Assembly: GCA_965222375.1 (NCBI GenBank)
Contig: CBDCTZ010000016.1
Location: 1,824,001 to 1,888,000 of the forward strand
From: Polyangiaceae bacterium
GTDB taxonomy: Bacteria; Myxococcota_A; Polyangia; Polyangiales; Polyangiaceae
Direction of reading: 5' to 3'
Length of the DNA stretch: 64,000 nucleotides
How positions within the stretch are numbered: the first letter of the stretch is position 1; each line of letters opens with the position of its first letter. The notes beneath the pieces were generated by a model. That model was not told the origin of the DNA and ran no database searches. It saw nothing but the letters and a program-made list of their open reading frames with translations. Both the position numbers and the translations under genes were made by a program. Positions 48,000-58,581 of the stretch are shown piece by piece.

Positions 48000-49265
48000 T
48001 TGGTGTGCACAGCGGGAGTCGCGGCTAGCGGTTCGCACGAAGGCTCGGCTACCCCTCGGGCACGACTCGTGGTGTGTTCTCGGGGGCTTGGCAGAGGGTC
48101 GCACTGGCGGTATCACGCTCCAGTGAGGTGCGCCGGGGCTTCAACTGCATGGACGTCGCGTCTCGCGCACGTCGTTGCGAAGTTGGGGTGTGGCTCGAGG
48201 AAGGCAGGTGCCGCCGCTGCAGCGCATCTCTTGATACTCGGCGCCGCGCACGACGCTGCGTCTGAGAACGAATCGGTTACATCTGCGCTGAGTTGGGTGC
48301 GGCTCCCTGGCGCCGAGGCCTGTATCTCGAGCCCCGAGCTGGCCCAGGCGGTGGAAGCAAGGCTGGGGCGCAGTGTTTTCGTGTCGCCAGCGGCGGCGGG
48401 CATGCCCATCGAGGGCCGGATCGAACCGAAGCCCGGCGGGGGATTCCGCGCCCACATCCAGTCTGTAGACGATTCGGGCAAGCGCCGCGGGGTTCGCGAA
48501 CTCTCCAGTGACAAGGCCGACTGCCGCGCCTTTGATGACGAGTTGGTGTTGGTCATTGCGATCACTATCGACCCCGACGCGGTCCTAAAGAGACCGATTG
48601 GGGAGGCCGAAACAAAGCCCGAGCGGCCCGCCGAACAGCCGGCGCCACGGACGGTTGTCAAGAAGGAGACCGTCTTTGTTCCGGTCGTTCGAGAGAAGCC
48701 GCAGGACAGCCCTGACCGCGAGTCGCCCCGCGAGCCGTGGGGGCTTTCGCTGCGCGCGGGACCGCGGGTTGCCGGAGGTGTGTTGCCGGGCGCCGCTGTG
48801 GGACTTCAGGTCGCCGCCGTCGCGGCCCCACCAGGCTTTTTTCCCTTGGCCGCGATGGGCGAGGGCTGGACCGACACCGACGAAACGGCAGCAGCGGGTG
48901 GCGCCCGAGTGAGCCTGCTTTCGGCTGCGCTCGCAGCGTGCCCACAGCTGCGGGTGACTCCGCTCTTGGCCACCGAGGGGTGCGGCGGCGGGTTTGCCGG
49001 GGCCATGCATGCGCGCGGCTTTGGCTTCGATACCAGTGATGAGACCACGGAATTGGTCGCTGGCGTCAGCGCGGGCGGTAATCTGCTGGTTCGAGCAAAC
49101 TCATGGCTACTCCTCGGCGCTGGAGTGGACGCTCGGCTTGCCCTGAGCCGCCCACGGTTCTTCTTCCAGGACGCGACGGGGACTCGTCGTGTGCTGTATG
49201 AAGCGCCAGCTTTCGCGGGCACGGCAGGGCTCTTCGTCGGCGTGATGCTGTCCGGCAGTGACTAA
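48000..49265 (+). CDS. Hypothetical exported protein with beta-barrel-like C-terminus; start uncertain
   Basis: LSWVRLPGAEAC..RELSS..C; alternating beta-strand C-terminal half; precedes the ECF sigma gene. Confidence 0.7.
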   Translation: MVCTAGVAASGSHEGSATPRARLVVCSRGLGRGSHWRYHAPVRCAGASTAWTSRLAHVVAKLGCGSRKAGAAAAAHLLILGAAHDAASENESVTSALSWVRLPGAEACISSPELAQAVEARLGRSVFVSPAAAGMPIEGRIEPKPGGGFRAHIQSVDDSGKRRGVRELSSDKADCRAFDDELVLVIAITIDPDAVLKRPIGEAETKPERPAEQPAPRTVVKKETVFVPVVREKPQDSPDRESPREPWGLSLRAGPRVAGGVLPGAAVGLQVAAVAAPPGFFPLAAMGEGWTDTDETAAAGGARVSLLSAALAACPQLRVTPLLATEGCGGGFAGAMHARGFGFDTSDETTELVAGVSAGGNLLVRANSWLLLGAGVDARLALSRPRFFFQDATGTRRVLYEAPAFAGTAGLFVGVMLSGSD

Positions 49266-49303
49266 AACGAGCTCGACGAGCACAAAATCCAATAATTGTC
49301 GGA

Positions 49304-49885
49304 TTGCGCGTCCATTTCCCCCTGTGGAGGCGTTTAGATCGAGACGTGCCGGCTGGTCAGGTTCAGCGCGATGCCCCGGCTGAGGGGGGGCTATCGGTTC
49401 GTCAGGTTTACGAAGAGCACGGCGCTTTCGTTTGGAGAACTCTGCGACGCCTGGGCGTGCGGCCAGCGGATTTGGAGGATTGCGGGCAGGAGGTCTTGCT
49501 CGTGGTTCACCGCAAGCTGGGCGACTTCACGGGTGGTTCACCCAGGGCGTGGCTTTTTGCGATATCCAGCCGGGTTGCCTCCGACTATCGGAAGCGGGCG
49601 CATATCCGCCGCGAGGAGGCCACGGACGACTTGCCCGATGCGAGCGTTCCCTCGACCCAGTGGGACGATCTCGAGCGATCCCGCGCCCGCCAATTCTTGC
49701 AGGACACGTTGTCCGAGCTCGACGAGGCTCGACAGCACGTTTTCGTGCTGTACGAGTTGGAAGGATTGTCGATGCCCGATGTCGCCGCCGCGCTGGAGTG
49801 TCCCGTGCAGACGGCTTATTCCCGCTTGCGCTCCGCGCGCGAGCATGTGGAACGCGCGATTCGGCGAGCTCGGAGGATGTCATGA
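49304..49885 (+). CDS. ECF RNA polymerase sigma factor
   Basis: FVWRTLRRLGV..EDCGQEV, AWLFAI, FVLYELEGLS..TAYSRLRSAR. Confidence 0.92.
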   Translation: MRVHFPLWRRLDRDVPAGQVQRDAPAEGGLSVRQVYEEHGAFVWRTLRRLGVRPADLEDCGQEVLLVVHRKLGDFTGGSPRAWLFAISSRVASDYRKRAHIRREEATDDLPDASVPSTQWDDLERSRARQFLQDTLSELDEARQHVFVLYELEGLSMPDVAAALECPVQTAYSRLRSAREHVERAIRRARRMS

Positions 49886-50685
49886 GCCGGCAGGATGACT
49901 TCCCGCCGCGCTGGCTCGACGAGGGATCGGATTGCGCCGAGGCGATTCGCGATGTCTTGCGTTTGACCGCCCAGGACGACCCCAGCAGTGAGGAATTCGA
50001 GAAGTTCGGTGCGCGGGTTGCGCCGTTGTTCGAACCATCTCCCCCTGGCGGTGGAACCGGCGGAGGTGAAACCGGCGCCGCGGGCAGTGGCGGCGCGGGT
50101 GCAGGTGGCTCGATTGCCCCCGCTGCGGCGGCCGCCTCGGGCGGAACCACGAAGTTCATTGCCGCAGTCGCGACAGGCGTGGCCTTGCTTGGTGGGGCGG
50201 GGCTCGTCGTGACCCAATCCGGCTCTGGGTCGGCGGTTCGCGAGCCGCGAGCACTCGTCCAGCGGGTGAAGCAGCCCGCGCCCGTGGCAGCGCCGCAGTC
50301 CAGCGCAGCTGCTCCGGCGCCGTCCGCGTCGAAGGCACCCAGCGGTCCGCCTTCGGCCCGCGCGCCCCGCTTTGCAGACGCGGCTTCGCGTCCAAGCGAG
50401 TCAGAGCTACTGCGCAGGGCGCACGATGCCCTCCGCTCGGGTAATGGGGCTGCGGCGCTCAAGCACGTTGCCGAGCACCGCCGGAGCTACCCACGTGGGC
50501 TGCTCAGCCAAGAACGCGAGGTCGTGACAATCGAGGCCCTGGCACAGAGCGGGAACCGAGCCGCGGCGCTGAGCCAGGGCAAAGCGTTCCTTTCTCGCTA
50601 TCCTCGTTCCACCCATGCCCGGCGAGTGCGGGCCGTGCTGGGGATCCCTGACGACGACGCAAACGCGGGCGGCGGAACAAAGTGA
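49882..50685 (+). CDS. Putative anti-sigma factor (TM plus C-terminal TPR-like domain)
   Basis: ATGA overlap with the sigma gene; one TM; ESELLRRA..YPRGLLSQEREV..FLSRYPRS. Confidence 0.75.
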   Translation: MSRQDDFPPRWLDEGSDCAEAIRDVLRLTAQDDPSSEEFEKFGARVAPLFEPSPPGGGTGGGETGAAGSGGAGAGGSIAPAAAAASGGTTKFIAAVATGVALLGGAGLVVTQSGSGSAVREPRALVQRVKQPAPVAAPQSSAAAPAPSASKAPSGPPSARAPRFADAASRPSESELLRRAHDALRSGNGAAALKHVAEHRRSYPRGLLSQEREVVTIEALAQSGNRAAALSQGKAFLSRYPRSTHARRVRAVLGIPDDDANAGGGTK

Positions 50686-50764
50686 GAATTTCTTCATAAT
50701 TCTCCGGCGCCCGCTTCCATTTGTAGCGTTGTCCAGCCGATGTGCTTTTAAGGGAGTGGAAAAC

Positions 50765-51373
50765 ATGCTTCGACGACTTTGCTTTCTCAGCCTCGTTCCG
50801 GTTTTCGCCGCTGGGTGTTTCAGCGACGGCGACGTCGGCGCAAACTCCGGTGGAAGCGGCGGGCAAGCCGCAGCTAGTGGCGGCGGAGGCACCGGCGGAG
50901 TCCGCACCGGGGGCGCGGGCTCCGGAGGCAGTGACGACGCGGGTACGGCCAGCGATGCCGCTACGGGTGGCTTTGGCGCCGGTGGAAGCGGCGGAACGGC
51001 TGGCGGCGCAGGCGCGGGTGCAGGCGGTTTCGGTGCCGGCGGTGCCGGTGCGGGAGGCTTCGGCGCCGGTGGAAGCGGCGGCATTGTCGGCACCGGCGGC
51101 ATTGCCGGCACCGGCGGAGGCGGGGCCTGCAATCCGCCACCCGGCAGCCAAATTTGCGTGACCTGCCTCGCCCAGAATTGCTGCGTCGACTACGCCGCCT
51201 GCGAAGGCGATGTCGGCTGCGCCGCCGCCCTCACGACGTTCATCAGTTGCCGCGGCGCCGGTGGCGGTTACGAATGCTGCGACAAGCTGTCCCAGCAGGG
51301 CGGTGCCCTGGGCCAAAAGCTATCTAATTGTTGTTACGCTCCGTCCCCCTGCTACGCGAACTGCGCGCCGTAG
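50765..51373 (+). CDS. Gly-rich, Cys-rich lipoprotein
   Basis: GGAG RBS; AAGC lipobox; CVTCLAQNCC..C domain. Confidence 0.75.
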   Translation: MLRRLCFLSLVPVFAAGCFSDGDVGANSGGSGGQAAASGGGGTGGVRTGGAGSGGSDDAGTASDAATGGFGAGGSGGTAGGAGAGAGGFGAGGAGAGGFGAGGSGGIVGTGGIAGTGGGGACNPPPGSQICVTCLAQNCCVDYAACEGDVGCAAALTTFISCRGAGGGYECCDKLSQQGGALGQKLSNCCYAPSPCYANCAP

Positions 51374-51598
51374 GCTCGCCGGCGGTCTCTGTGGATTGGG
51401 TCAGTTTGTTCGCGACAGCGCGCTTTCGCGCACCGCGCTTGCAACCTGAGTGACGCGCTTCGTCTTGATCTGGCAGGCCTCGGCAACCGGAAGGTTTTTA
51501 CTGACCGCCCAGGTGCGAAGGCCCGCCAAGGTCGCTAAGCTAGACCGGGCCTTGGCCGTCGCGGCTGCCGAGCCTCCGAATACTGCTGCAGAAATCGG

Positions 51599-53221
51599 CT
51601 ACGGGACCAGAATCGCGAGAGCTTGCCGTAAGAGGGCTACCAGGAGCTCGCCGCCTTGGCTGCGGCTGTCACCGTGCTGCGCCAGCGCGGCGATGGCTCT
51701 CTTCGAGTCTCCGCGGCGAAAGCCCATGTTCGTCAGCGCGCTCAGAAGCCTGGATTCCACCTCGGCCGCGTCCACGCAGGCTTGGTCGCGCACTTGGCCA
51801 CTCGGCACGACCTCCGACTGCGGGTCGGCAGCTCCGCCCGCCACATGCTCGAGACAGCGGAGTGATTCACTACAGCGGGGTCCACAAGATTCTTCCATGC
51901 AGCACCTGGATGCGTTGGGCGACGTGAGTGGGCCAGCGTCAGTTGGGCGAGAACACGGCGGATTGGGTGACGCGGGCTCGTGGGCGTGAGGTTGCTGGTA
52001 GCTCAGCCGCTCGGGTGGTGTGGGTTCGTCTGCGTCACGTGGGCGCGAGTTCGGCGCGTCGATTGCCGTGGGCGATTCAGCGTCGCCTTCGACACGGGTC
52101 TGTGGTTGTGTGCGCCCCGATTCGTTGCTCGACGTTTGCCGGCGAAGGCGAATTGCTCCACCCATGGAATCGCGTTCGACTGCCCCCTCGACGTGAGCCC
52201 CATCGTCAAAGCTCTGTTCCGGCACTCGCGGCGATTCGCTGCTCGACTCTCGCTGGCGGAGGCGAATTCTGTCCTCGATGTATTTCCGTCCGAACACCTT
52301 CTCGGCTTCGAACAAGTTGTGTGCGCCACATAGCAGACGCCCGTTGCGAGCCGTCCCAGCGCCACCGCGGGCGCGCGGATCGTAATGGTCGAGCTGCACG
52401 AAGGCACGGGCTTGGCAGCGCTCCCCGCTCGGCGACGTGTAAGTGCACTGCTCGCCGTCGCGCTCGTAGATTTCCCTGCGGGCCCAGCGGGAGAAGTCGC
52501 CGCGCTTGGTGCCAGGAGAGCGTCGCGGTCGGTCGGTCTTGCCGAGCTTCTTTTTCTCCAGATCTGCAAGCAATAGGTCGAGCCCCCGCTCGATGACCGT
52601 TGCCAGATCTCGCTTCGGATTCGAGTGACTCATCAAGTCGAGGGCGCGCTCGAGCTCGTCCTTGAGAGCAATGCCCGCAGTAAACTGGATGTGAAAGCGG
52701 TGTGCGGAAAGCGGTGACACCCGAGGCCTGGCGTGGAGCTCAACGGTCGCCCGTGGTGAAACGCCCGCACTCGATTGGTCCATCGCAGCGAGGGCAATTG
52801 CCTCAGCCGTTGAGTCCAGCGCAACTGATGGGCTCGCCGCCGCGCCAACGGGTTGGCCAGCAGCTGCGGCGTCGCTTCCGAGCTGAGCTTGCACGGGCAC
52901 CGGACGGATCGAGTCCGCCACATCTGTCCGCGGGAACCGCGAGCGGATCAGCAGCTCGACCTCCGCTTTGCTCTCGTCGCAGGCTTCGAGGAGCAGATCG
53001 GCGTGGCTGCTGTCCTTCAGATACGTCTGCAACATGCTGAGCGCGGTCACGTGGATCCGTCCCTCTCGTTTGGTGCCAGGGTGTTGGTTCCGCGGTGAGT
53101 CCCGTCTGCAGCCTTCGTCGGCCACGGGTCGCGTCACGGAGTTGTAGACCTCGACGTCTCCGTCGCCGCCAACGCAGACGTTGCCAAGTGTTTGCGTCCC
53201 AGTCCCATCTTCCAAGCGCAA
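51599..53221 (-). pseudogene. HNH-domain protein with RuvA-C-like tail, N-terminally truncated; paralog of 62383..63723
   Basis: Homology starts at GRIHVTALSML; ERDGEQCTY..C..QLDH..GG..N..LLCGAHN; SALTNMGFR..LLRQAL. Confidence 0.7.
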
Positions 53222-53222
53222 T

Positions 53223-53289
53223 CCCGTGGCCCCGCACTAGATTAGCGGCCCAGCGCCGCTCCAACGCACGCGACCCCCAAACCCACCAA
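53223..53289 (-). repeat. Dispersed intergenic motif, copy 5
   Basis: Minus strand: ttggtgggtttgGGGGTCG-N19-GGGCCGCTAATCTAG-N5-GGCCACGGG. Confidence 0.8.
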
Positions 53290-53308
53290 GCTCAAGCAGT
53301 GCCTTGGC

Positions 53309-54931
53309 TCAGTTGCACTTGAACAAAGGCGCGAGTGGTGAAAGCGGGCCGCCGACGGGGCCAGGCGGCGTGTTGTCGTACTTGAGGAGTTCGGTCTCCA
53401 AGATGGTCCGCGTTTGCGCCAGGGTTTGGTCGAACTTGTCGTCGGTGCTGTCTTGGGCCAGGCAGAGGAACTTGTCGACACCGCAAATGTTGATGGTTTC
53501 ACATCCAGGAGCGGCAGGGCCTGCAGCTTCGATGGCCTTGTCCCCGTAGGCGACGCGTCCGTCGACCATCACGAGGCGCACGTTTTCGGGTCGCGCTTTG
53601 AGCAGATCGTCGTAGGGCGTGGTCACGCCGCCGGAAAAGACGGTGATGTCGGCGCGCTTGCCGACTTCGAGACTACCTAGGTATTGCTGAACGCCCAGGG
53701 CGACGGCTGCTTCGCTGGTGACCATTTTGAACAAGCGCTCTGGGGAGAGCACGTCGCCGAACTTGGTGTTGTCCCAGTTGTCCGCGAAGCGTAGCTCCTC
53801 GAGCATGTTCAGGCCGCCGCCGAGTGCCCAGTCCGGCGCGAGGGCGATAGTCTTGACGCCCGAGCTGATCGCCAAGGGGATGTTCGTGGTGTCGTTGTAG
53901 AGGAAGACGTTCGAGGTCGGCGACCAGATCAGTTTCATGTCGGCCGCGGCCATCTTCCCGAATTCGAGGGCGGTCAAACTGGTTCCGTGAGTGATGGCGG
54001 TTTCTTTCGACTCGAAGCAGCCATTTTCTCTCGCCAAAAGCTTGTCGAATTCCTTCTTGGAGGTCGTGTCGATGCCTTCTGCAATGTGCACCACATAGGC
54101 GTTGGTCGTGCCCGCCTTGATCGCGTCGCAGGCACTCTTGGCGGCTCCGGTCGATGGCACCGAGATCGATGTGCGGATCTTGTCGTCGGGGAGCAAGTTG
54201 TGGGGCGTGTCGATGGTGCGGGCCGAGACTCGATAGCACTTGCGTGTCGTTGCGCCGGGCGCGAGCAAGAACGATGTCGTGCCTGCGATGATGGCCTTGG
54301 TCTCGGCATACTTGGCCATCTCGCAACTCACATTCGCGCCCGAGGAGACGGACTCCATGTACTGCTTGGCGTCGACCACGGCGCCATAGCGCGGCTCGCT
54401 GGTCGGGTTCCACTGGGTGTGGTTCTTGAAGAACTTGCCTGGGTTCCAGTCGTCCTCGTTGAAGATGTTGAACAAGCCGTGATTGTGCGAGTCGATCAAC
54501 CCCGGCATGATCATGCCGTTGGTCTGGATGATGGTCGCTCCTGCCGCGCCTGTTTCGCCACTGCACGATGCGGCCACGCAGGTGATCATATTGCCCTCGA
54601 CGAGCACCTCGCCCATGATTGGACCCGCGGGCGCGATGACCGCGCCCTGTAGCAGGTAGCGATCTGGGGCGCCCGGCGTGATGGACGGTGGAGTGCCTCC
54701 GCCCACGCCGCCCTGGCCACCCAACCCGCCCGTGCCGCCAGCCCCGGCGCTGCCCGCGAGCCCCCCTTGCCCCGCGCCACCGGCTTGACCCGCGCTGCCA
54801 CCCACGGAGCCGCCGCTGCCGCCCAGCTGGATGTAGCCGCCGGCGCCTCCCGCGTCGCCGCCCTCGCTGCCACAGCCCGCCATCGCCAAAAGCCCCACCA
54901 AGCACCCGACCGAACAAGCAAACTGCCGCAT
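53309..54931 (-). CDS. Amidohydrolase family lipoprotein
   Basis: MAGC lipobox; PGLIDSHNH, HIAEG, THGT, WSPTSN, ALAPDW, GSLEVGKRAD. Confidence 0.9.
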   Translation of the reverse strand: MRQFACSVGCLVGLLAMAGCGSEGGDAGGAGGYIQLGGSGGSVGGSAGQAGGAGQGGLAGSAGAGGTGGLGGQGGVGGGTPPSITPGAPDRYLLQGAVIAPAGPIMGEVLVEGNMITCVAASCSGETGAAGATIIQTNGMIMPGLIDSHNHGLFNIFNEDDWNPGKFFKNHTQWNPTSEPRYGAVVDAKQYMESVSSGANVSCEMAKYAETKAIIAGTTSFLLAPGATTRKCYRVSARTIDTPHNLLPDDKIRTSISVPSTGAAKSACDAIKAGTTNAYVVHIAEGIDTTSKKEFDKLLARENGCFESKETAITHGTSLTALEFGKMAAADMKLIWSPTSNVFLYNDTTNIPLAISSGVKTIALAPDWALGGGLNMLEELRFADNWDNTKFGDVLSPERLFKMVTSEAAVALGVQQYLGSLEVGKRADITVFSGGVTTPYDDLLKARPENVRLVMVDGRVAYGDKAIEAAGPAAPGCETINICGVDKFLCLAQDSTDDKFDQTLAQTRTILETELLKYDNTPPGPVGGPLSPLAPLFKCN

Positions 54932-55026
54932 GACCTTCAATTTATCAGCCGAGCGCGGCATTTGCACACCGGCCCCGGGGCCCAGCACTGGCGTTGCGCG
55001 CCCTTAGAGGGTATTGGGGGCGGAAC

Positions 55027-55641
55027 ATGTCGGCCTCGACCCAGCTTCCCCCGAAGAAAGACGTCGTGTTGGCTCTTCTGGAAAGTAGCGACGTTTTCGT
55101 GCACTTAGACCCGAGAGGGGAGCACGTGAAGGTGCCGGCGTGGTTCAAGCACCAGCCCCAACTCGTGCTCCAAATCGGCCTGAACATGCCCGTGCCGATA
55201 CCGGATCTGGAAGTCGATGACGAATCCGTGTCCTGTACACTGAGCTTCAATCGTTCGCCGTTCTTCTGCTTCGTGCCGTGGAATTACGTCTACGCTTTGG
55301 TGGGCGCCGACGGCCGCGCGATGGTCTGGCCCGAAGATGTGCCGCCAGAAGTGGCCGCCCAGGCCGCCAAGGTGGAAAAGAAGCTGGCGGCGCGCGCTCA
55401 TTTGCGCGCGGTGGATGATGACGACGACGCCGAGGCTCCCGGAGTGGATCCGCTGATGGCGGAGCTGGCCGGTGCTGGCACCAATGCGGTGCTCGAGCCA
55501 GAAGTGCCCACGCGATCGGAAGCGCGAGCCTCCAAGCCGCCGGAGCCGGAGCCACCGCTGCCACCGGAGCCGGAAGCCCCGACGCCGGTCGCTGAAGAAA
55601 AGGGCCGCAAGCTTCCGCCCTATCTTCGCGTGGTCAAGTAG
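55027..55641 (+). CDS. sspB: ClpXP adaptor SspB family protein
   Basis: HLDPR..VKVP, LQIGLNM..PDL, TLSFN, VPW; C-terminal PYLRVVK. Confidence 0.85.
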   Translation: MSASTQLPPKKDVVLALLESSDVFVHLDPRGEHVKVPAWFKHQPQLVLQIGLNMPVPIPDLEVDDESVSCTLSFNRSPFFCFVPWNYVYALVGADGRAMVWPEDVPPEVAAQAAKVEKKLAARAHLRAVDDDDDAEAPGVDPLMAELAGAGTNAVLEPEVPTRSEARASKPPEPEPPLPPEPEAPTPVAEEKGRKLPPYLRVVK

Positions 55642-55650
55642 TCGCTCGGG

Positions 55651-56220
55651 TCAGTCCGTCGCGGCATCGCCTGAGGCGTCGGTCGCGGCATCCGCACCGG
55701 CGTCTGCCGTGGCATCACCCGTTGCATCGACGGCTGCGTCACCTGGGCTAGCGTCGTCGTTGCCGCCGTCGAGAGGTGGCAAGCCGCCGGTGCCAGAATC
55801 TGCGCCGGCCTGACCCGCGTCCGCGCCGCCTTGGCCTCCTGCGCCACCCTGCCCACCAGCGCCAGCACTACCCGCGTCCTGGGCTACGCAGGTGAAGGTG
55901 CCATCCACAATGTCACAGGCGTAGCCCGAGACGCAGCCGTGAAAACTGCAATCACCGATTCGGCACTGCCCCTTTTTCGTGCACGTTTCGTTGATGCCGC
56001 AATCCGAGGGTGCGGTGCACTGCGTGCCGGAACTCCCCGCGCCGCCACCGGACCCGCCGGTGTTCGGTACGTAGCAGGCGCCCGAGGTCAGGTCGCATGT
56101 TCGGCCGGGGCCGCATTCGGCGCTCGACGTGCAGCCGTGGGGCTCTTCGGGGTAGATCGGGCAGCCGACCAGAATCAGGGGGGCGCACAAGACAAGGCTG
56201 AACATCCAGAAGCGTCGCAT
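55651..56220 (-). CDS. Cys-rich lipoprotein
   Basis: MRRFW..LVGC lipobox; repeated C-x5-C-x5-C units. Confidence 0.75.
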   Translation of the reverse strand: MRRFWMFSLVLCAPLILVGCPIYPEEPHGCTSSAECGPGRTCDLTSGACYVPNTGGSGGGAGSSGTQCTAPSDCGINETCTKKGQCRIGDCSFHGCVSGYACDIVDGTFTCVAQDAGSAGAGGQGGAGGQGGADAGQAGADSGTGGLPPLDGGNDDASPGDAAVDATGDATADAGADAATDASGDAATD

Positions 56221-56463
56221 CGATGACTCCGTCTCCAAGCGACATGAGGTTAGCAAGCGATATGCCTCGGACAAGGCCCCCGAGTTTCGGGGAAATACGC
56301 CTTGCTGAGTGAAAATCCGTTCACGCCGAGGGCGTAACCTCGCAGATCGCGGCTCAAAGGCCGTTTTTTTGGGCCACTCGTGGTGGTGGCAGGTCCAGCT
56401 AAGAAAACAGGGTTGCCGCTCACCTTCGTGCTAAGTTCCACACGTTTTCTAAGGGCTTGCTGA

Positions 56464-58581
56464 ATGGACGTCCGCTGTGGTCGATGCGGCACTGAGTACG
56501 AGTTTGACGACGCCCTCGTTTCCGAGCGCGGCACGACCGTCAAGTGCACGAATTGTGGGCATCAGTTCAAGGTGCGCCCCCCGGATGCGGGCGCGGGCGC
56601 ACCAGAACGCTGGGTAGTTCGCACCGCGACGGGTCGTGAACTGGTCTACACTTCGCTGCGTGAATTGCAGCGCGGGATCGCGCAGCGTCAGGTTGGGCCA
56701 GAGGATCTGCTTTCCCGGGGCAACCAGCCACCACGCCCCTTGGGCAGCATCGCGGAACTCGAACCCTTCTTCGTGACCCGTGCGGTTCCCGCGGTTGCTG
56801 GGGCCCAGAACCGCACCTTGGTTGGTGTTGCACCGCCCGCAGCCGGCGCTCCCGCGCCCGCGCCGCCTACGCCGAATCCGCTGACTCAAACCCTTCCCTT
56901 AGAGAAGTCCGATCCCGAACCTAGGACGAAGCCGTCACCACCCGAAGCGGAAGCGCGACGGCAGCCTACCGACACGTCGCCGGAAACGCCCGAGGCGATC
57001 GAAGAGCAAGAGCCACCGACCCTCCCGCGCACCGTGAAACCCAAGCCCATGGAGCGCGGGAGCACGTCGACCAAGCCATCCCCGGTCGTGGATCCGATGC
57101 TCACACCGACGCCCAGCGCCGTGCGGGAAGCGATGGTGTCGTACTCCGAGATGCCCGCCGGGGGGCCTGCCAGCTTGCCGGTCGCTCGCCGGGCCACATC
57201 GCGCTGGATCATCGGGGTCGTTTTGGCCGGCATCGTCGTATTGGTAGCGCTCACCGTGGGCCGGCGGTACCTGGAGAAGTTCACCTCCCAGGGCGACAAG
57301 ATTGCGCAGAAGACCGATGCTCGAGTGCAGGGCTTTCTGACCCGGGCTGAGACCCTGCTGGAGGAGGCGGACTTCGAGGCGGCTCGGGAGCAGCTGGACA
57401 AGGCGTCGGTCCTGGCAGAAGGGGACCCGGCGGTGCTGTCTGCGCTGGTCCGCTTGGAAGCGCTGCGTGCAGACGTGCTGTGGCTGCGTCTGCGTCTCTT
57501 GGACCCCGCCGACGAGCAGTTGGTCAAAGCGACCCATCGGCAGCTAGGGAGCCGCGTGGGGCGCGCAGAGCAGGCCCTCGAAAAGGCCAAGAGCAGTGCC
57601 GCCAAGGAGCCCTCGGTGCTGCGCGCGGAAGTGAATGTGTTGCGTCTGGCGGGCAAAGTGAAGGATGCCCGGGCCAAGATCGGGCCGATCGCATCTCAGG
57701 CCAGCGAGCCGGCGAACGCCTACGTGCTGGCGGCTTTGGACCTGGCGGAGCCGTCGCCGACCTGGGCCTCGGTGATCGAGCGCTTGCGCACGGCGTCAGC
57801 GGCAGAGCGCGGCATGGGCCGGGCGCGGGCAGCGTTGGTGTACGCACTGGTGCGATCCGGAAACCTCTCCGGGGCGAGCACGGAACTCGACAAGAGCGGC
57901 GCGCGAGCCAAGAGCCACCCGCTGTACGATGACCTCGCCGCGTTCGTCGCGCGCCACGAAAAGGTTGCAGATGCTGGTGCGGACGCACAGGCCGAGGTGG
58001 CCACGGTGGATCCCTCGTCCCTGCCCGTTCTGGACACCTCGACGACTCAGGAGCCCGAGATACCCGCCGGGGACTTCCGCGGCCAGCTTCGACAAGCCTC
58101 CAGTGCGCTGAAGCACAACGATCTCGACCGCGCCGAGCGCCTATACCAGGCCGTGTTGGCCAAGCAGCCCGGCAACACGGAAGCCCTTGCGGGGTTGGGC
58201 GACGTCGCGCGACTGAAGCGCGACCCCGCGAAGGCCGAAAAGATGTACGAAAAGGTCCTGGAGAAGAACCCGAGCTACCTGCCTGCGATGATCGCTCAAG
58301 CAGATGCCAAGTGGGCAAACGGAGATCGCAAGGGAGCGCTGGTCATCTACCGAAGGGTCCTGGAGCAATCCGGTCCAAGTACGAGCTACGGCAAACGGGC
58401 TGCGCAACGGATCTCTCAAGGCCCGGGAGACGAAGGGCCGTCGATTGGCGGCAAACCGTCGCCAGCACCCGAAGCTGGTGCTGCTCCTGCCCCCACCGAA
58501 AAGCCGACCCCCAAAGACGAGCCCAAGAAGGAAGACAAGCCCCACATCGACACCACCGATCTGCCGGGGTTCGGTAAGTGA
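56464..58581 (+). CDS. MJ0042-type zinc-ribbon / TM / TPR protein
   Basis: MDVRCGRCGTEY..VKCTNCGHQF; one TM; C-terminal TPRs. Confidence 0.85.
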   Translation: MDVRCGRCGTEYEFDDALVSERGTTVKCTNCGHQFKVRPPDAGAGAPERWVVRTATGRELVYTSLRELQRGIAQRQVGPEDLLSRGNQPPRPLGSIAELEPFFVTRAVPAVAGAQNRTLVGVAPPAAGAPAPAPPTPNPLTQTLPLEKSDPEPRTKPSPPEAEARRQPTDTSPETPEAIEEQEPPTLPRTVKPKPMERGSTSTKPSPVVDPMLTPTPSAVREAMVSYSEMPAGGPASLPVARRATSRWIIGVVLAGIVVLVALTVGRRYLEKFTSQGDKIAQKTDARVQGFLTRAETLLEEADFEAAREQLDKASVLAEGDPAVLSALVRLEALRADVLWLRLRLLDPADEQLVKATHRQLGSRVGRAEQALEKAKSSAAKEPSVLRAEVNVLRLAGKVKDARAKIGPIASQASEPANAYVLAALDLAEPSPTWASVIERLRTASAAERGMGRARAALVYALVRSGNLSGASTELDKSGARAKSHPLYDDLAAFVARHEKVADAGADAQAEVATVDPSSLPVLDTSTTQEPEIPAGDFRGQLRQASSALKHNDLDRAERLYQAVLAKQPGNTEALAGLGDVARLKRDPAKAEKMYEKVLEKNPSYLPAMIAQADAKWANGDRKGALVIYRRVLEQSGPSTSYGKRAAQRISQGPGDEGPSIGGKPSPAPEAGAAPAPTEKPTPKDEPKKEDKPHIDTTDLPGFGK

